This document shows positions 8,926-17,622 of a stretch of DNA of 64,000 bases, in pieces. The notes under the pieces are model-generated. The model saw nothing but the letters and a program-made list of their open reading frames with translations, was not told the origin of the DNA and ran no database searches. The position numbers and the translations under genes are program-made. The stretch spans positions 2,650 to 66,649 of the IMG/VR virus record IMGVR_UViG_3300036401_000331; one strand, written 5' to 3'. Source of the DNA: a virus. Numbering within the stretch: the stretch's first letter is position 1; every line of letters starts with the position of its first letter.

Positions 8926-8945
8926 GCATCCTAAAATCAGGGCGC
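8926..8945. promoter_or_regulatory. Operator-like palindrome immediately upstream of the NusG-family gene
   Basis: GCATCCT-AAAATC-AGGGCGC matches the early-region operator consensus. Confidence 0.55.
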
Positions 8946-9035
8946 GTCCACAGAACACCAGTAAGTGCGATTCTGCGCGACGCGGTGATGGTGACGCGGA
9001 ACCAGTAGCGCCATGGCGGGGATTTGAGCACCCGA

Positions 9036-9278
9036 TCATGGGCTTATGTCAAGCTGGACGTTTTTGGCGAGCAGGCGTTTGCCGGCTGGCGGTCGAGCGG
9101 AGATCGAGGCGACGAGCTTGTCGAGGACAGTGGGGCAGAGGGCGATAAACCTGATCTGCCTGCAGGCGAGGGACTGTCGGAGGGCGATGATGGACATGCC
9201 GGTGTAGATGGCGGCCTCGGGGAGCGACAGATGAACGCTGTCGCGCCATCGTTCCGAGTAGCGGAGGTGGGCCATCAC
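9036..9278 (-). CDS. Small HTH / excisionase-like DNA-binding protein
   Basis: LSLPEAAIYTGMSIIALRQ...QI pattern. Confidence 0.45.
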   Translation of the reverse strand: MMAHLRYSERWRDSVHLSLPEAAIYTGMSIIALRQSLACRQIRFIALCPTVLDKLVASISARPPAGKRLLAKNVQLDISP

Positions 9279-9598
9279 TTGCGCCCCGGATCAATGACCA
9301 TGGTGTTGCCGTTGGTCATGTTGGCGACCTGCTGATAGACGGCATCGCGCTGGTCGAAGTATTGGCGGAACTCGGCGGTGGTGAGCCGCTTGGGCTTGTC
9401 GGGTTCCCACTGGGTGACGAACCGGCTGAGACATCCTCGGGCATCTTTGAGAGCGACGAGGTCGTAGGTCATGGTGACGTTGAAGCGACCGACCTTGAAG
9501 GTTCGCCGGAGGATGCCGCCCTCGGGCATGGGCTCGGGCTTGTCGGGCCGGAAGATGGTCATGGTGACGCCGTTGAGGCGCTCGGTGGTGGCGGTCAT
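9275..9598 (-). CDS. Hypothetical protein
   Basis: ORF with GAGG RBS and stop-start overlap. Confidence 0.65.
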   Translation of the reverse strand: MTATTERLNGVTMTIFRPDKPEPMPEGGILRRTFKVGRFNVTMTYDLVALKDARGCLSRFVTQWEPDKPKRLTTAEFRQYFDQRDAVYQQVANMTNGNTMVIDPGRK

Positions 9599-9668
9599 GT
9601 CTGTCTGCCTCTGCTGTGGTCGAAAAACTTAACTCGACGCTGGACACTAGTGGTTGATCCCGGTTGGT

Positions 9669-9787
9669 CCGCACGAAGGGGCGCACGGGCACGGGGGTCT
9701 AATAGACCCCCCGTGCGCCCCGTGCGCCCCATCATGCAACGGACTGCGCACAGGGGGCGCACGGGGGGTAGCGCACGGGGGTGTGCG
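9669..9787. repeat. Cluster of GCGCACGGGG-like repeats in both orientations around a central palindrome; putative replication origin
   Basis: About 8-9 copies of (GC)GCAC(G/A)GG; GCACGGGGGTCTA-A-TAGACCCCCCGTGC centre; directly downstream of the primase-helicase. Confidence 0.6.
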
Positions 9788-9788
9788 G

Positions 9789-11885
9789 TCACTTTTTTGG
9801 CCCCGGTGTCGTTGGCCAAACATATAGCTCGTACAAGGACATAAGGCCCTTGTCGGCCAACTTTTTGCGAAGCTCGGAGTAGCGCGCACGGATGACACTC
9901 AGTGCGCTCTCCCGTGCGCGCACAGTTAGGCGCACATCCGGGTCTTGCGGCAATAGGTCCACTTTCTGAAGTTCTTCCCTAAATCTGGTAGTCGTGATGA
10001 CCGGCGTCGTGGTCGGATAATTGACCGTATCGGGGGGCTTCATGCCGTGGTTGGCGACGGTGCGGACGAGCACGTCGTGGGCGCGCTGCCATTGCGGCTT
10101 GGGCTTGGCGGGCGGGTCTGGGAACTCGGCCGGGCGGGCGACGACGGAGCGGATCATCTTGTCGGAGCCGTCGACATCCTCGACGATGCCGAGGTCGATG
10201 ACCTCCAGAGCGAAGGCCAGTGCCTTGCTGATCGCGCCGTCGCGGGTCTTGGTGGCGATCCACGAGCGCGGCTCGCTGCTGATCTCGATGACGGTATCGC
10301 ACAGGTCGAACTGGGCCTGTGTGCCGCGTGCGCCCAAGGTGGTGTCCTTGCCGGTGTTCTGGATGACGATGGGCGAGGCCCCGGTGGCACGAGCGACCTC
10401 GCGGCACTTGCCGTAGAAGGCGGCGACTTCCTCGGAGTAGTTCTCGCGCAGGCCGGGGGCGGCCGAACGCATGTTGTCGAGCACGAACACGCCGACCTTT
10501 GGTGCGCCGATTCGCTGGGCCTCGATGTTCATCTCGTTGATGGTGGCGATGACCTTGGCGACGGCGATCTGGCTGGTGGTGGCGTCGATGCCGAAATCGA
10601 CCGGGACAGTGACGATCTTGAAAGGGGCGTCGGGCAGGATGTCGCCGATGACCTTGGACACGTAGGCCTTGAGCCGATTGTAGAACCCGATCTCGCCTTC
10701 GAGCGCGATGTAGAGCACGCCGCACTTGAGCGTTTTGCGCTCGAACCATGGCAGGCCACGCAGCAGACAGAACACGAGGTCGATGACGAGCAGCGTCTTG
10801 CCGGCGGTGCTCGGGCCGAAGATCATGGTGAGGTAGTCGTCCTCGCCGATCAGGCCGGCGACGCGGCGCAGCGGGTCACGCAGTTCGAGGGCGAGGATTT
10901 CGGCCAGCCACTTGCCGGGGAACGGCTTGTCGACAGAGCGCTGCTCGCCCCAGTCATCGGCGCTGCCATTGGGCTCGTAGGGATGGCGGCCGTTGCCGTT
11001 GGGCTTTGCGTGACCGTTGGGCTTGCCCTTGTTGGGGTCGACCCAGCCGGCATCGAGCGCATGGTGGAAGATGGTGCCCTCGCCGACCTGATCGCCGGGC
11101 GAGACGCGCCAGTTGTCCCAGCGCTCGCGACAGGCGCGCTCGTCGAACTTCGAGGACTGCGCCGACCACGCCATGAAGGCCTCGTAGCCGCGCGTCGATC
11201 CGCCGGTCGCCTTGTGGATCGCCATGCCCCGCGTGTTCCACTCCTCCCACGACAGGTCACCATTGCGCATCGCGGCGATGGCATCGTAGAGCCGGTCGGT
11301 GTCATCCATGCGCGGCGCGGCCGGCTTGTCATCGAAGCGCGCCATCGCGGTGCGCACGGCGTACAGGATGTCGACCCCGATGGTGCGCAGCGTGGTGTAG
11401 CCCTGATAGACCGCCTCGGTGACGGCCATGAAGTGCTTGGCGAGGTACTGCTCGATGCCCAAGTCCTTGCCGCCCTTCGGGTTGGGCTTCTGGACGTGCT
11501 TGCGCCAGCGGTGCTTGGCATCGAGCGTCAGCTTGGGATCGTGCAGGAAGAATATCTTCAGCCCGGTCCCCGAGGGCGAAACTTCGGTGTAACTATTGAC
11601 CTTGACAACGATCTCGGCGGCCCATGGTTCGAGGTCGCCCTCCTCGCCGATGCAGGCGTCGAGGTCTATGCCGCCGAGGTGCAGGCCGTCCTCGACCGGG
11701 GCCAGCATGATGTTGATGCCGTCATGGTGACGCTGGTCGCGGCACTGCTCGGCCTCGAAGTAGGTCATCCATGTTGACGGATCGTTCGACTTGGCCAGCC
11801 CGCCGTCGAGCGCGTAGGGCACCTTGCTGGGCTTGTTGCCGCCCGCGCGTATCTCGTTCTTCCACGTCGTCCAGATCGCCGCCAT
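9789..11885 (-). CDS. Primase-helicase (AEP primase/polymerase, PriCT-2, RecA-like AAA_25 helicase)
   Basis: GIDLDAC, SYTEVSPSGTGLKIF; W...GMAIH...AWSAQSSKF; FGPSTAGKT, VLYIALEG; the usual HH motif reads IQNTGKD. Confidence 0.9.
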   Translation of the reverse strand: MAAIWTTWKNEIRAGGNKPSKVPYALDGGLAKSNDPSTWMTYFEAEQCRDQRHHDGINIMLAPVEDGLHLGGIDLDACIGEEGDLEPWAAEIVVKVNSYTEVSPSGTGLKIFFLHDPKLTLDAKHRWRKHVQKPNPKGGKDLGIEQYLAKHFMAVTEAVYQGYTTLRTIGVDILYAVRTAMARFDDKPAAPRMDDTDRLYDAIAAMRNGDLSWEEWNTRGMAIHKATGGSTRGYEAFMAWSAQSSKFDERACRERWDNWRVSPGDQVGEGTIFHHALDAGWVDPNKGKPNGHAKPNGNGRHPYEPNGSADDWGEQRSVDKPFPGKWLAEILALELRDPLRRVAGLIGEDDYLTMIFGPSTAGKTLLVIDLVFCLLRGLPWFERKTLKCGVLYIALEGEIGFYNRLKAYVSKVIGDILPDAPFKIVTVPVDFGIDATTSQIAVAKVIATINEMNIEAQRIGAPKVGVFVLDNMRSAAPGLRENYSEEVAAFYGKCREVARATGASPIVIQNTGKDTTLGARGTQAQFDLCDTVIEISSEPRSWIATKTRDGAISKALAFALEVIDLGIVEDVDGSDKMIRSVVARPAEFPDPPAKPKPQWQRAHDVLVRTVANHGMKPPDTVNYPTTTPVITTTRFREELQKVDLLPQDPDVRLTVRARESALSVIRARYSELRKKLADKGLMSLYELYVWPTTPGPKK

Positions 11886-12240
11886 GGCGAAGGCATCGAC
11901 CAGCGCGGCCATCAAACGACTCGGGCATGTCTGGAGACGAGCATGGGAACCCTCGCGAAATAGAGTGCGGGTAATCCCTTCCTCGAAAGCAGCCGCGAGG
12001 ACGCTGTCGGAGGGGTGGAGAAAAGGTCCGTCGACCTCTGTCCCCGCGCCCGCAAGATGCGCCAAGGCCTGTCACCGCGTCAAGCGTGGGGTTTTGCAGG
12101 GTGAGCACGCCAGCGGAACGGTGTGCTGTCTAGGAGACGAGGTCGCGAGGAGCCGGGTGCATTACGTCCGACGTCGCGCCGCTCAACACTGGCGTGCTCG
12201 TGCCAAGATATGGCACGCCCAGCCCGACAATGAAAGGGGT

Positions 12241-12314
12241 GCGCTGCGGGAGCCGGCGGGGGGTCGTCATTCCCAGCGGGGAAGCGAGGATGACGGTGCC
12301 GGTCCCCGCAGCGC
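12241..12314. other. Long imperfect hairpin in the non-coding region upstream of the primase-helicase
   Basis: GCGCTGCGGG/CCCGCAGCGC outer stem, GCCGGC and CGTCAT/ATGACG inner stems. Confidence 0.55.
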
Positions 12315-12356
12315 CGCCGGAAAGTACATCAAGGTACTTTCACCGTCGCTTGTGAA

Positions 12357-12911
12357 TCATGTGGGTATGTCAGGCCACACGCGCGGCGGCTCAAGCTCGT
12401 GGTCTTCCATGTAGGGCGTGCCGTCGACCAGATGGCGATGACCGAGCGCGATGCGATGCCCGGTCCTGAACCGCGCCTTGCTCACCCAGCCATGCCACAC
12501 GAAGGTCGCGCCCTCGCCGGCCATCAGCGCCAGAACGTCGAAGTCGTTGCGCTCGAACTCGCCCGGCCACTTGCCGACCGCCCACATCAGGTAGCACAGC
12601 GGATACAGCCGGCTCACCGTCTTGGCATCGACCCGACAGCCGTTGAGCATCACATCCCAGTGCGTACCCGCGATGTCGATGTCCCAGCGCACCTCGCGCT
12701 CGGGATCAAGCCGGTTGATGATGGCGAACGCCGCCTCACCCGCCTTGCCGTGCGCCAGCACCTCGGGCTTGCGGTCGATCTCGTTGATCAGCGTGTGATA
12801 GGACGGCCGGTCGCGGTAGTAGTCGGCCACCGCGTGGCCCCAGTCGAGGCTGCGCTTGAGCAGGCGCTCGGGCACGGTCGCGCAGGGTATATATACCCCG
12901 CGCGATGCCAT
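12357..12911 (-). CDS. Putative PD-(D/E)XK nuclease
   Basis: GKAGEAAFA...WDVMLNGCRVDAKT catalytic-type pattern. Confidence 0.6.
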   Translation of the reverse strand: MASRGVYIPCATVPERLLKRSLDWGHAVADYYRDRPSYHTLINEIDRKPEVLAHGKAGEAAFAIINRLDPEREVRWDIDIAGTHWDVMLNGCRVDAKTVSRLYPLCYLMWAVGKWPGEFERNDFDVLALMAGEGATFVWHGWVSKARFRTGHRIALGHRHLVDGTPYMEDHELEPPRVWPDIPT

Positions 12912-13120
12912 CACGACGGGACCATGAACTCGCGGAACAACTGGGCGCAGTTGTTCGGGCACAGGTGCGAGGGCGGCGTCGTCGGATCAGCGCCGATCTT
13001 CAGCACCAGCCAGCCCTCGGGCGGCTTGCCGCGATCCAGCGCCGGCTGGTCGTTGGTCGGCTGGCTGATCTCGGCCCCGCAGCGGTCGCACCTGAAGCGT
13101 ATCTCGGGCTGCTGGGTCAT
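12911..13120 (-). CDS. Small Zn-finger protein
   Basis: CDRC...HLCPNNC. Confidence 0.7.
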   Translation of the reverse strand: MTQQPEIRFRCDRCGAEISQPTNDQPALDRGKPPEGWLVLKIGADPTTPPSHLCPNNCAQLFREFMVPS

Positions 13121-13374
13121 TCGAGCAGCCCCGGATAGCGGATGTCGATCATCTTGCCCAGCGTCACGATCTGCCGCGCGGTCTGCTGGGCGATCACCAC
13201 CGTGCCGTCAGGCAGCTTCAACTGGATCATCACCGACGGCAGGCCGCTCTCCATGCCCTCGTCGAGCACCGCGACATCGACCAGCACGCCGGCATCGACG
13301 AACGCCTTGGGCTTGTCCTGCGGCCACAGCGGCGGGTCGCCCTTCCTGTGGAACAGCACACGCATCGGGATCAT
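13117..13374 (-). CDS. Hypothetical protein
   Basis: ATGA overlap, AGGAG RBS. Confidence 0.65.
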   Translation of the reverse strand: MIPMRVLFHRKGDPPLWPQDKPKAFVDAGVLVDVAVLDEGMESGLPSVMIQLKLPDGTVVIAQQTARQIVTLGKMIDIRYPGLLE

Positions 13375-13502
13375 TTGGGACAATCTCCTCTCACCGGCAT
13401 CAGGTAGCTCCACAGCGCATCGGCCAGCACCTTGTTGAGCGTCACGCCCTTCTTCTTGGCCCACCACCGGGCAACCCGCACATCGTCGAGGTCGTAGGTC
13501 AC
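13371..13502 (-). CDS. Small possible DNA-binding (RHH-like) protein
   Basis: WAKKKGVTLNKVLADALWSYL; coupled ORF. Confidence 0.4.
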   Translation of the reverse strand: MTYDLDDVRVARWWAKKKGVTLNKVLADALWSYLMPVRGDCPK

Positions 13503-13678
13503 GGCGAGGGTCTTTGTTCGAGCAGGCCGAGCAGGTAGGCGACCTTGTCGTCGCACTCCTTCTCCAGCTTCTTGGCGATCAGCACCACCGACTTGTCGCC
13601 CCGGAAGAACGCCCGCTGCTTTTCGCGCATGCGCTGGACGTGCCTGAGCACGTCGATCACCTTGTCCCTGTGCTCCAT
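13499..13678 (-). CDS. Hypothetical protein (59 aa, not in ORF track)
   Basis: MEHRDKVIDVLRHVQRMREKQRAFF...; fills the gap with good codon usage. Confidence 0.6.
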   Translation of the reverse strand: MEHRDKVIDVLRHVQRMREKQRAFFRGDKSVVLIAKKLEKECDDKVAYLLGLLEQRPSP

Positions 13679-13684
13679 GAGGTT

Positions 13685-14146
13685 TCATCCCTTCGGCCAT
13701 AGCTGGTCGTAGGCGACCAGCCCCACACCACCGGCATCGGCCTGATGGTGATCCTCGATTTCCCAGCCCATGGTCTGCATCGCGCCTACCACCATCATGT
13801 CCTTGTCGGCCCGCGCCGAGCCGGTCAGCGCGATCTTCACCGTGCTCACGTCGATGTCGCGGTAGGGCAGGCTGCGCCGCCACCGGAAGGCATGCGCCAC
13901 GCCGACCAGACCGTACAGCAGTTCGAGCAGTTGCACGGTATCGGTGCGCAGCAGCAGCGGCCGCTCCCACGCCAGCCCGTCGAACGGGGCCACCGCGAAC
14001 TGCTCGTCAAGCCACACCGAGAAGCTGCCGATCTTGGTCGAGGTGTCGCCCTTGAGCGGCAGCGTGCCGAAGGTCGGCGGCTCGTAGCGCCGCATGCGCG
14101 CCCAGCCGACATTGGTCGACATGTCGAGGGCGAACAGCAGCTTCAG
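13685..14146 (-). CDS. RuvC-like Holliday junction resolvase, probable CTG start
   Basis: LFALDMSTNVGWA, LAWE, VKIALTGSARADK, DHHQADA catalytic motifs. Confidence 0.75.
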   Translation of the reverse strand: MKLLFALDMSTNVGWARMRRYEPPTFGTLPLKGDTSTKIGSFSVWLDEQFAVAPFDGLAWERPLLLRTDTVQLLELLYGLVGVAHAFRWRRSLPYRDIDVSTVKIALTGSARADKDMMVVGAMQTMGWEIEDHHQADAGGVGLVAYDQLWPKG

Positions 14147-14712
14147 TGGCTCGGCCCCATGCGGTCGGTGATGGTCTTCTGGCCATCACCCCAGCCGGCC
14201 CGCCATTCGACGTGCTCCTCGCTGCCGGGCTGGTGCGGGTTGTTGTCCGCCGGCTCGCCATTCATGCCGGCATGCAGGCCCGCCGCCTTGGCGTCGACCG
14301 TCTTGGGCGGATCGAACAAGGACCATTGCTGGCCAATCGAGAGGTCCATCAGCCGCAGGTAACGACCAACCTCGCGCTCCTCGTGGACGACCTCGTGCAT
14401 CGGCGTGCCCTCGATCACCAATGCCCGCTTGATCGCCACCTTGTCGAGCCCATCGGCCTGCGCCGTCCGAATCCGATTGTTGTAAATCTTGCGCTTCGCC
14501 CGCGTCGTCGACATCGAGTTGTCGAGGTTCGCCTTGGCGATCTTGATCAGCTTGATGTGGTGGACGACAAGCTCGTCCGACGCCTCGGCCTTCTTGTTGG
14601 CCTCGACCGCCTCGGCCGCCAGTTCCTGCAGAACCTTGGGATCGCCCTTCGGGCCGGCGAAATCGCTATGTCCGACTGCCCGGCGCTTCGGCCGCTTCTT
14701 TCGTCTTGCCAT
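14143..14712 (-). CDS. Hypothetical protein with GapR-like helical part and RMF/CrpP-like C-terminal motif
   Basis: AQADGLDKVAIKRAL; AAGLHAGMNG...NPH...EWRAGWGDG. Confidence 0.55.
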   Translation of the reverse strand: MARRKKRPKRRAVGHSDFAGPKGDPKVLQELAAEAVEANKKAEASDELVVHHIKLIKIAKANLDNSMSTTRAKRKIYNNRIRTAQADGLDKVAIKRALVIEGTPMHEVVHEEREVGRYLRLMDLSIGQQWSLFDPPKTVDAKAAGLHAGMNGEPADNNPHQPGSEEHVEWRAGWGDGQKTITDRMGPSH

Positions 14713-15034
14713 GTGCCCTCCGTTGCGCAGACGCCATGCGCGCCAGCTTATCGAGCTTCTTGGCCGGCAACTTCGACAATTCGATCAAGCGCCTGATGAT
14801 GTCGGTGCCCTTGGTCCGGTTGGTGCCGAACAGCCACGTTTCCAGCGTGCTGCGTGCCAGCCGCTCGACAGGCTCGCCAAGCACCGGATCAATCTGACCC
14901 TCGTACTCGGCGTTGTAGATGCTGCTGGCTCGATGGGGTCCGCCCAAGGCGCGGACAGCGATGGCGAGCGGGTTCGGCTTCGCCTTGGCCTTCTTCTTCT
15001 TGGCCTTCGCCTTGGCCTTGATCTTCTTCTTCAT
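14666..15034 (-). CDS. Basic Cro-like HTH protein
   Basis: Lys-rich N-terminus; AIAVRALGGPHRAS...LARSTLETW; near the divergence point. Confidence 0.45.
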   Translation of the reverse strand: MKKKIKAKAKAKKKKAKAKPNPLAIAVRALGGPHRASSIYNAEYEGQIDPVLGEPVERLARSTLETWLFGTNRTKGTDIIRRLIELSKLPAKKLDKLARMASAQRRAHGKTKEAAEAPGSRT

Positions 15035-15107
15035 GGGAATGGTATCCTCGGGGGGTTCGCACCGAAGATATGGTGCCAAGGTTCGGCGCGCAAGCGCCAG
15101 ACTCTGG

Positions 15108-15305
15108 CTATAGGTTGATGATGTACCAGAAGGCCATCAATGCGGCGATGAAGAACAGCACGATGCCGGTCTTGACCGTGCGGTTGATCGCATCGTCACC
15201 CACCCGCACCCACTTCAGCGTCTGAAACAACGCCGCCACCACCGAGAACCCGATCAGCACGAAGCTGATCAGGAACACGACGGCGGCGGCGATCAGCAGG
15301 TCCAT
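15108..15305 (-). CDS. Two-TM membrane protein
   Basis: Two hydrophobic stretches. Confidence 0.6.
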   Translation of the reverse strand: MDLLIAAAVVFLISFVLIGFSVVAALFQTLKWVRVGDDAINRTVKTGIVLFFIAALMAFWYIINL

Positions 15306-15784
15306 CAGCCCTTCGGCGCGGCGGTTGGCGGCGGCTCGGGCAGCGGGGTCGGGACAGTGGCGGCAGGCATCATGGCGTAATGCCACTTGCCGTCGGCAGT
15401 CCGCACCAGCACGACCACCATGCCCGGAGCCGCAGGCGGCGGCGACGGCAGCGTGTTGTCCGGCGCTCCCGGCGCGGTCGGCAGTTCGTGATCGGGACGC
15501 GGCGGCCGTACCGGCCGGCCATAGCCCGGATCAACCGGCCACCACACGGCACCGCCACCGACCCCATAGCCCGGATCGACCGGCTTGCCCGGCCATACCG
15601 GCCCGGTCGTCGGATAGCCCGGCCACGACGGCGGCAGCGGGTGCGCCGGATGGCCGCCCTCGGGCAGGCCGTAGCCCGGATCGGCCCCACCGCCCGGCAG
15701 GCCATAGCCGGGGTCGACGCGGTGTTCGAGCTTGTGGACGAAGTACAGGTTGCCGCCCAGCGGGCGGATATAGGCGAGAGCCAT
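15305..15784 (-). CDS. Proline-rich DPGYG-repeat protein
   Basis: Four DPGYG repeats and PxxxLP repeats; AAGGAG RBS. Confidence 0.7.
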   Translation of the reverse strand: MALAYIRPLGGNLYFVHKLEHRVDPGYGLPGGGADPGYGLPEGGHPAHPLPPSWPGYPTTGPVWPGKPVDPGYGVGGGAVWWPVDPGYGRPVRPPRPDHELPTAPGAPDNTLPSPPPAAPGMVVVLVRTADGKWHYAMMPAATVPTPLPEPPPTAAPKG

Positions 15785-15917
15785 CGGAATCTCCTTCATG
15801 GTCGGCGTGTTGCAACGGCGGCATCATACGCCCGCAGCGCTACAGTTCAGCGTCCCATCTCCGGGGATAGTTCCGCAACCGCAACCAACCTAAAACGGCG
15901 CCGGAGCGCCGCCGGGG

Positions 15918-15946
15918 TTGCCAAAAGTTGTCAGCGTCCCTAGATT
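15918..15946 (+). promoter_or_regulatory. Sigma70-like promoter with half operator
   Basis: TTGCCA-N17-TAGATT, preceded by GTCCC. Confidence 0.6.
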
Positions 15947-16004
15947 GCCCGGTTACGCCGACCACACTTCCGTGGCGGCGCTTTCAAAGAGTGAGACAGA
16001 CCCC

Positions 16005-16415
16005 ATGGAACGCAAGTACATCATTCAAGGACCGCCGCCCGAGCTTCCCGCGACAGTGCAGGAGTGGAAGGACTCTCGCACCGCCAAGGTCAAGATGTCG
16101 GTCAACGACGGCATCGAGGCGACCCATCTCGCGATGATCAAGGAGCGCAACGGCGCATATCTCAATCTGATCAAGGGCCGCAAGAACGACGAGACTGTCC
16201 ACGGCTCCATCGTGATCGACCAGACGGTGGCCGCCCAGATGCTCGCCGAGAAGGCCAAGGAGATGGAGCTTGAGGTGCTGCAGGGCGTCAAGCTCGTCGT
16301 CCTCTACAAGGGCCTCAACTCGATGCTATCCCATCGCTACGGCAAGTCGCGCCATCAGAACGCCATGCGCGACCGCGTCCTGATCGAGAACGTCAACAGC
16401 AACGCGGGCGAGTGA
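16005..16415 (+). CDS. Hypothetical protein
   Basis: First ORF after the promoter. Confidence 0.7.
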   Translation: MERKYIIQGPPPELPATVQEWKDSRTAKVKMSVNDGIEATHLAMIKERNGAYLNLIKGRKNDETVHGSIVIDQTVAAQMLAEKAKEMELEVLQGVKLVVLYKGLNSMLSHRYGKSRHQNAMRDRVLIENVNSNAGE

Positions 16416-16479
16416 CGAAGATGTCCGTGCCGGGCGTCGTGGGAACCCGGCACGGCTCTCTCCCTCCAACAGGTGAACC

Positions 16480-17475
16480 ATGACCGCAGAGAACGTGATC
16501 AAGATGCCCGAGCCCAAGCCGCGCCTGCATTGTGTGAAGTGCCATACCGAAGGCCCCGCGCCCTGCAACTGTGGCGTCGACTACATCACCGCCGACGAGG
16601 CCAAGGAGCGCCGGCAGGAGTTTGCCCGCGATCTCTACAGGCAGGGCCAAACGCAGGCGCAGATCGCCGAGACCCTGCGCGTCAGCCAGCAGCAGGTCAG
16701 CCGAGACCTCGCGGATTTTGATTTACTCAACATGAGTAATTCAAAACGGCCGAAGACCGCGAGCAACCCAAAGGGTGCCGGCCGGCCCAAGGGCTCGACG
16801 GGGAAGACCCGCCAGTCCAAGCGCGGCGAGAAGATGCCGAAGCTCGATGACGCGGTGAAGATCATTCGCCCGGCTTTCGAGGCCGGCAGCCCAATCAACT
16901 GTCACAAGCTCGCCGAGCAGCATCCCGACATCTCGCACTACACCTTCGATTCGGCAGTGGCGTATCTGAAGGGCGAGCGCGACACCAAGGCCGATCCCGA
17001 GATCAAGCGCGAAGACCTGTCGATGACGGCCCAGCACCGGCTCGACGCGGCGATCCGCCAGCATCAGAAGAAGCTCGACGCGGCATGGCAGAGCAAGCTC
17101 ACCGAGGCCGTGCTCAACTGGGGGCGCAACATCAAGTTCCCTGAATATGAGAAGTACCTCGCCGACGCCAAGCGCGTACTGGAATCGCGCGGCCGTGGAG
17201 GCATCATGTCGGCCGCGTCCTACAACCTGATCAGGCGCTGCCTGCACCCCGACAACTCGGCCAGCGAGAAGAACCGCAACGACGCCTTTGACCTCTGGAC
17301 TAACCTCCGGGCAGTCGTGACGTCGCACGAGGAGATGCCGATCAAGGAACCGAAGCTCCCGACATGGGAGGAGATGCAGGCGATGCGCGCGGCCAAGCGG
17401 GCCGAGAACAGCGCCCGCTCGAAGGCCGCCCACGCCAAGCGCGCCGCCGCCAATGGTGTCGAGCGCCGGCATTGA
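16480..17475 (+). CDS. HTH DNA-binding protein with N-terminal Zn-binding motif (candidate regulator)
   Basis: CVKC...CNC; QGQTQAQIAETLRVSQQQVSRDL HTH; LHPD near the C-terminus. Confidence 0.75.
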   Translation: MTAENVIKMPEPKPRLHCVKCHTEGPAPCNCGVDYITADEAKERRQEFARDLYRQGQTQAQIAETLRVSQQQVSRDLADFDLLNMSNSKRPKTASNPKGAGRPKGSTGKTRQSKRGEKMPKLDDAVKIIRPAFEAGSPINCHKLAEQHPDISHYTFDSAVAYLKGERDTKADPEIKREDLSMTAQHRLDAAIRQHQKKLDAAWQSKLTEAVLNWGRNIKFPEYEKYLADAKRVLESRGRGGIMSAASYNLIRRCLHPDNSASEKNRNDAFDLWTNLRAVVTSHEEMPIKEPKLPTWEEMQAMRAAKRAENSARSKAAHAKRAAANGVERRH

Positions 17476-17512
17476 GTTCCCCGAAAGCAGCGGTGCAGCC
17501 GTAGCTGACATG

Positions 17513-17566
17513 AGGGGAAGGGAGCGGGGAAGGTAGCTGCACCGGCCCCCTCCCGCCTTTCCCCTT
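17513..17566 (+). terminator. Purine/pyrimidine stem-loop after the HTH gene
   Basis: AGGGGAAGG...GCGGG pairs with CCCGCCTTTCCCCT. Confidence 0.4.
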
Positions 17567-17600
17567 GCCAATTTTCGGCAATACCCTACATTCAGGATGC
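17565..17600 (+). promoter_or_regulatory. Sigma70-like promoter with operator
   Basis: TTGCCA-N16-TACATT; ATACCCT-ACATTC-AGGATGC. Confidence 0.65.
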
Positions 17601-17622
17601 TGGGACTAGGAGACCGGCGAGC

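Noticed and set aside
15895-15985. Resemblance to C4 antisense RNA (CCGGTTACGCCGACC and flanking complementarity)
   Set aside because: Only a short match, and a promoter lies within the putative structure
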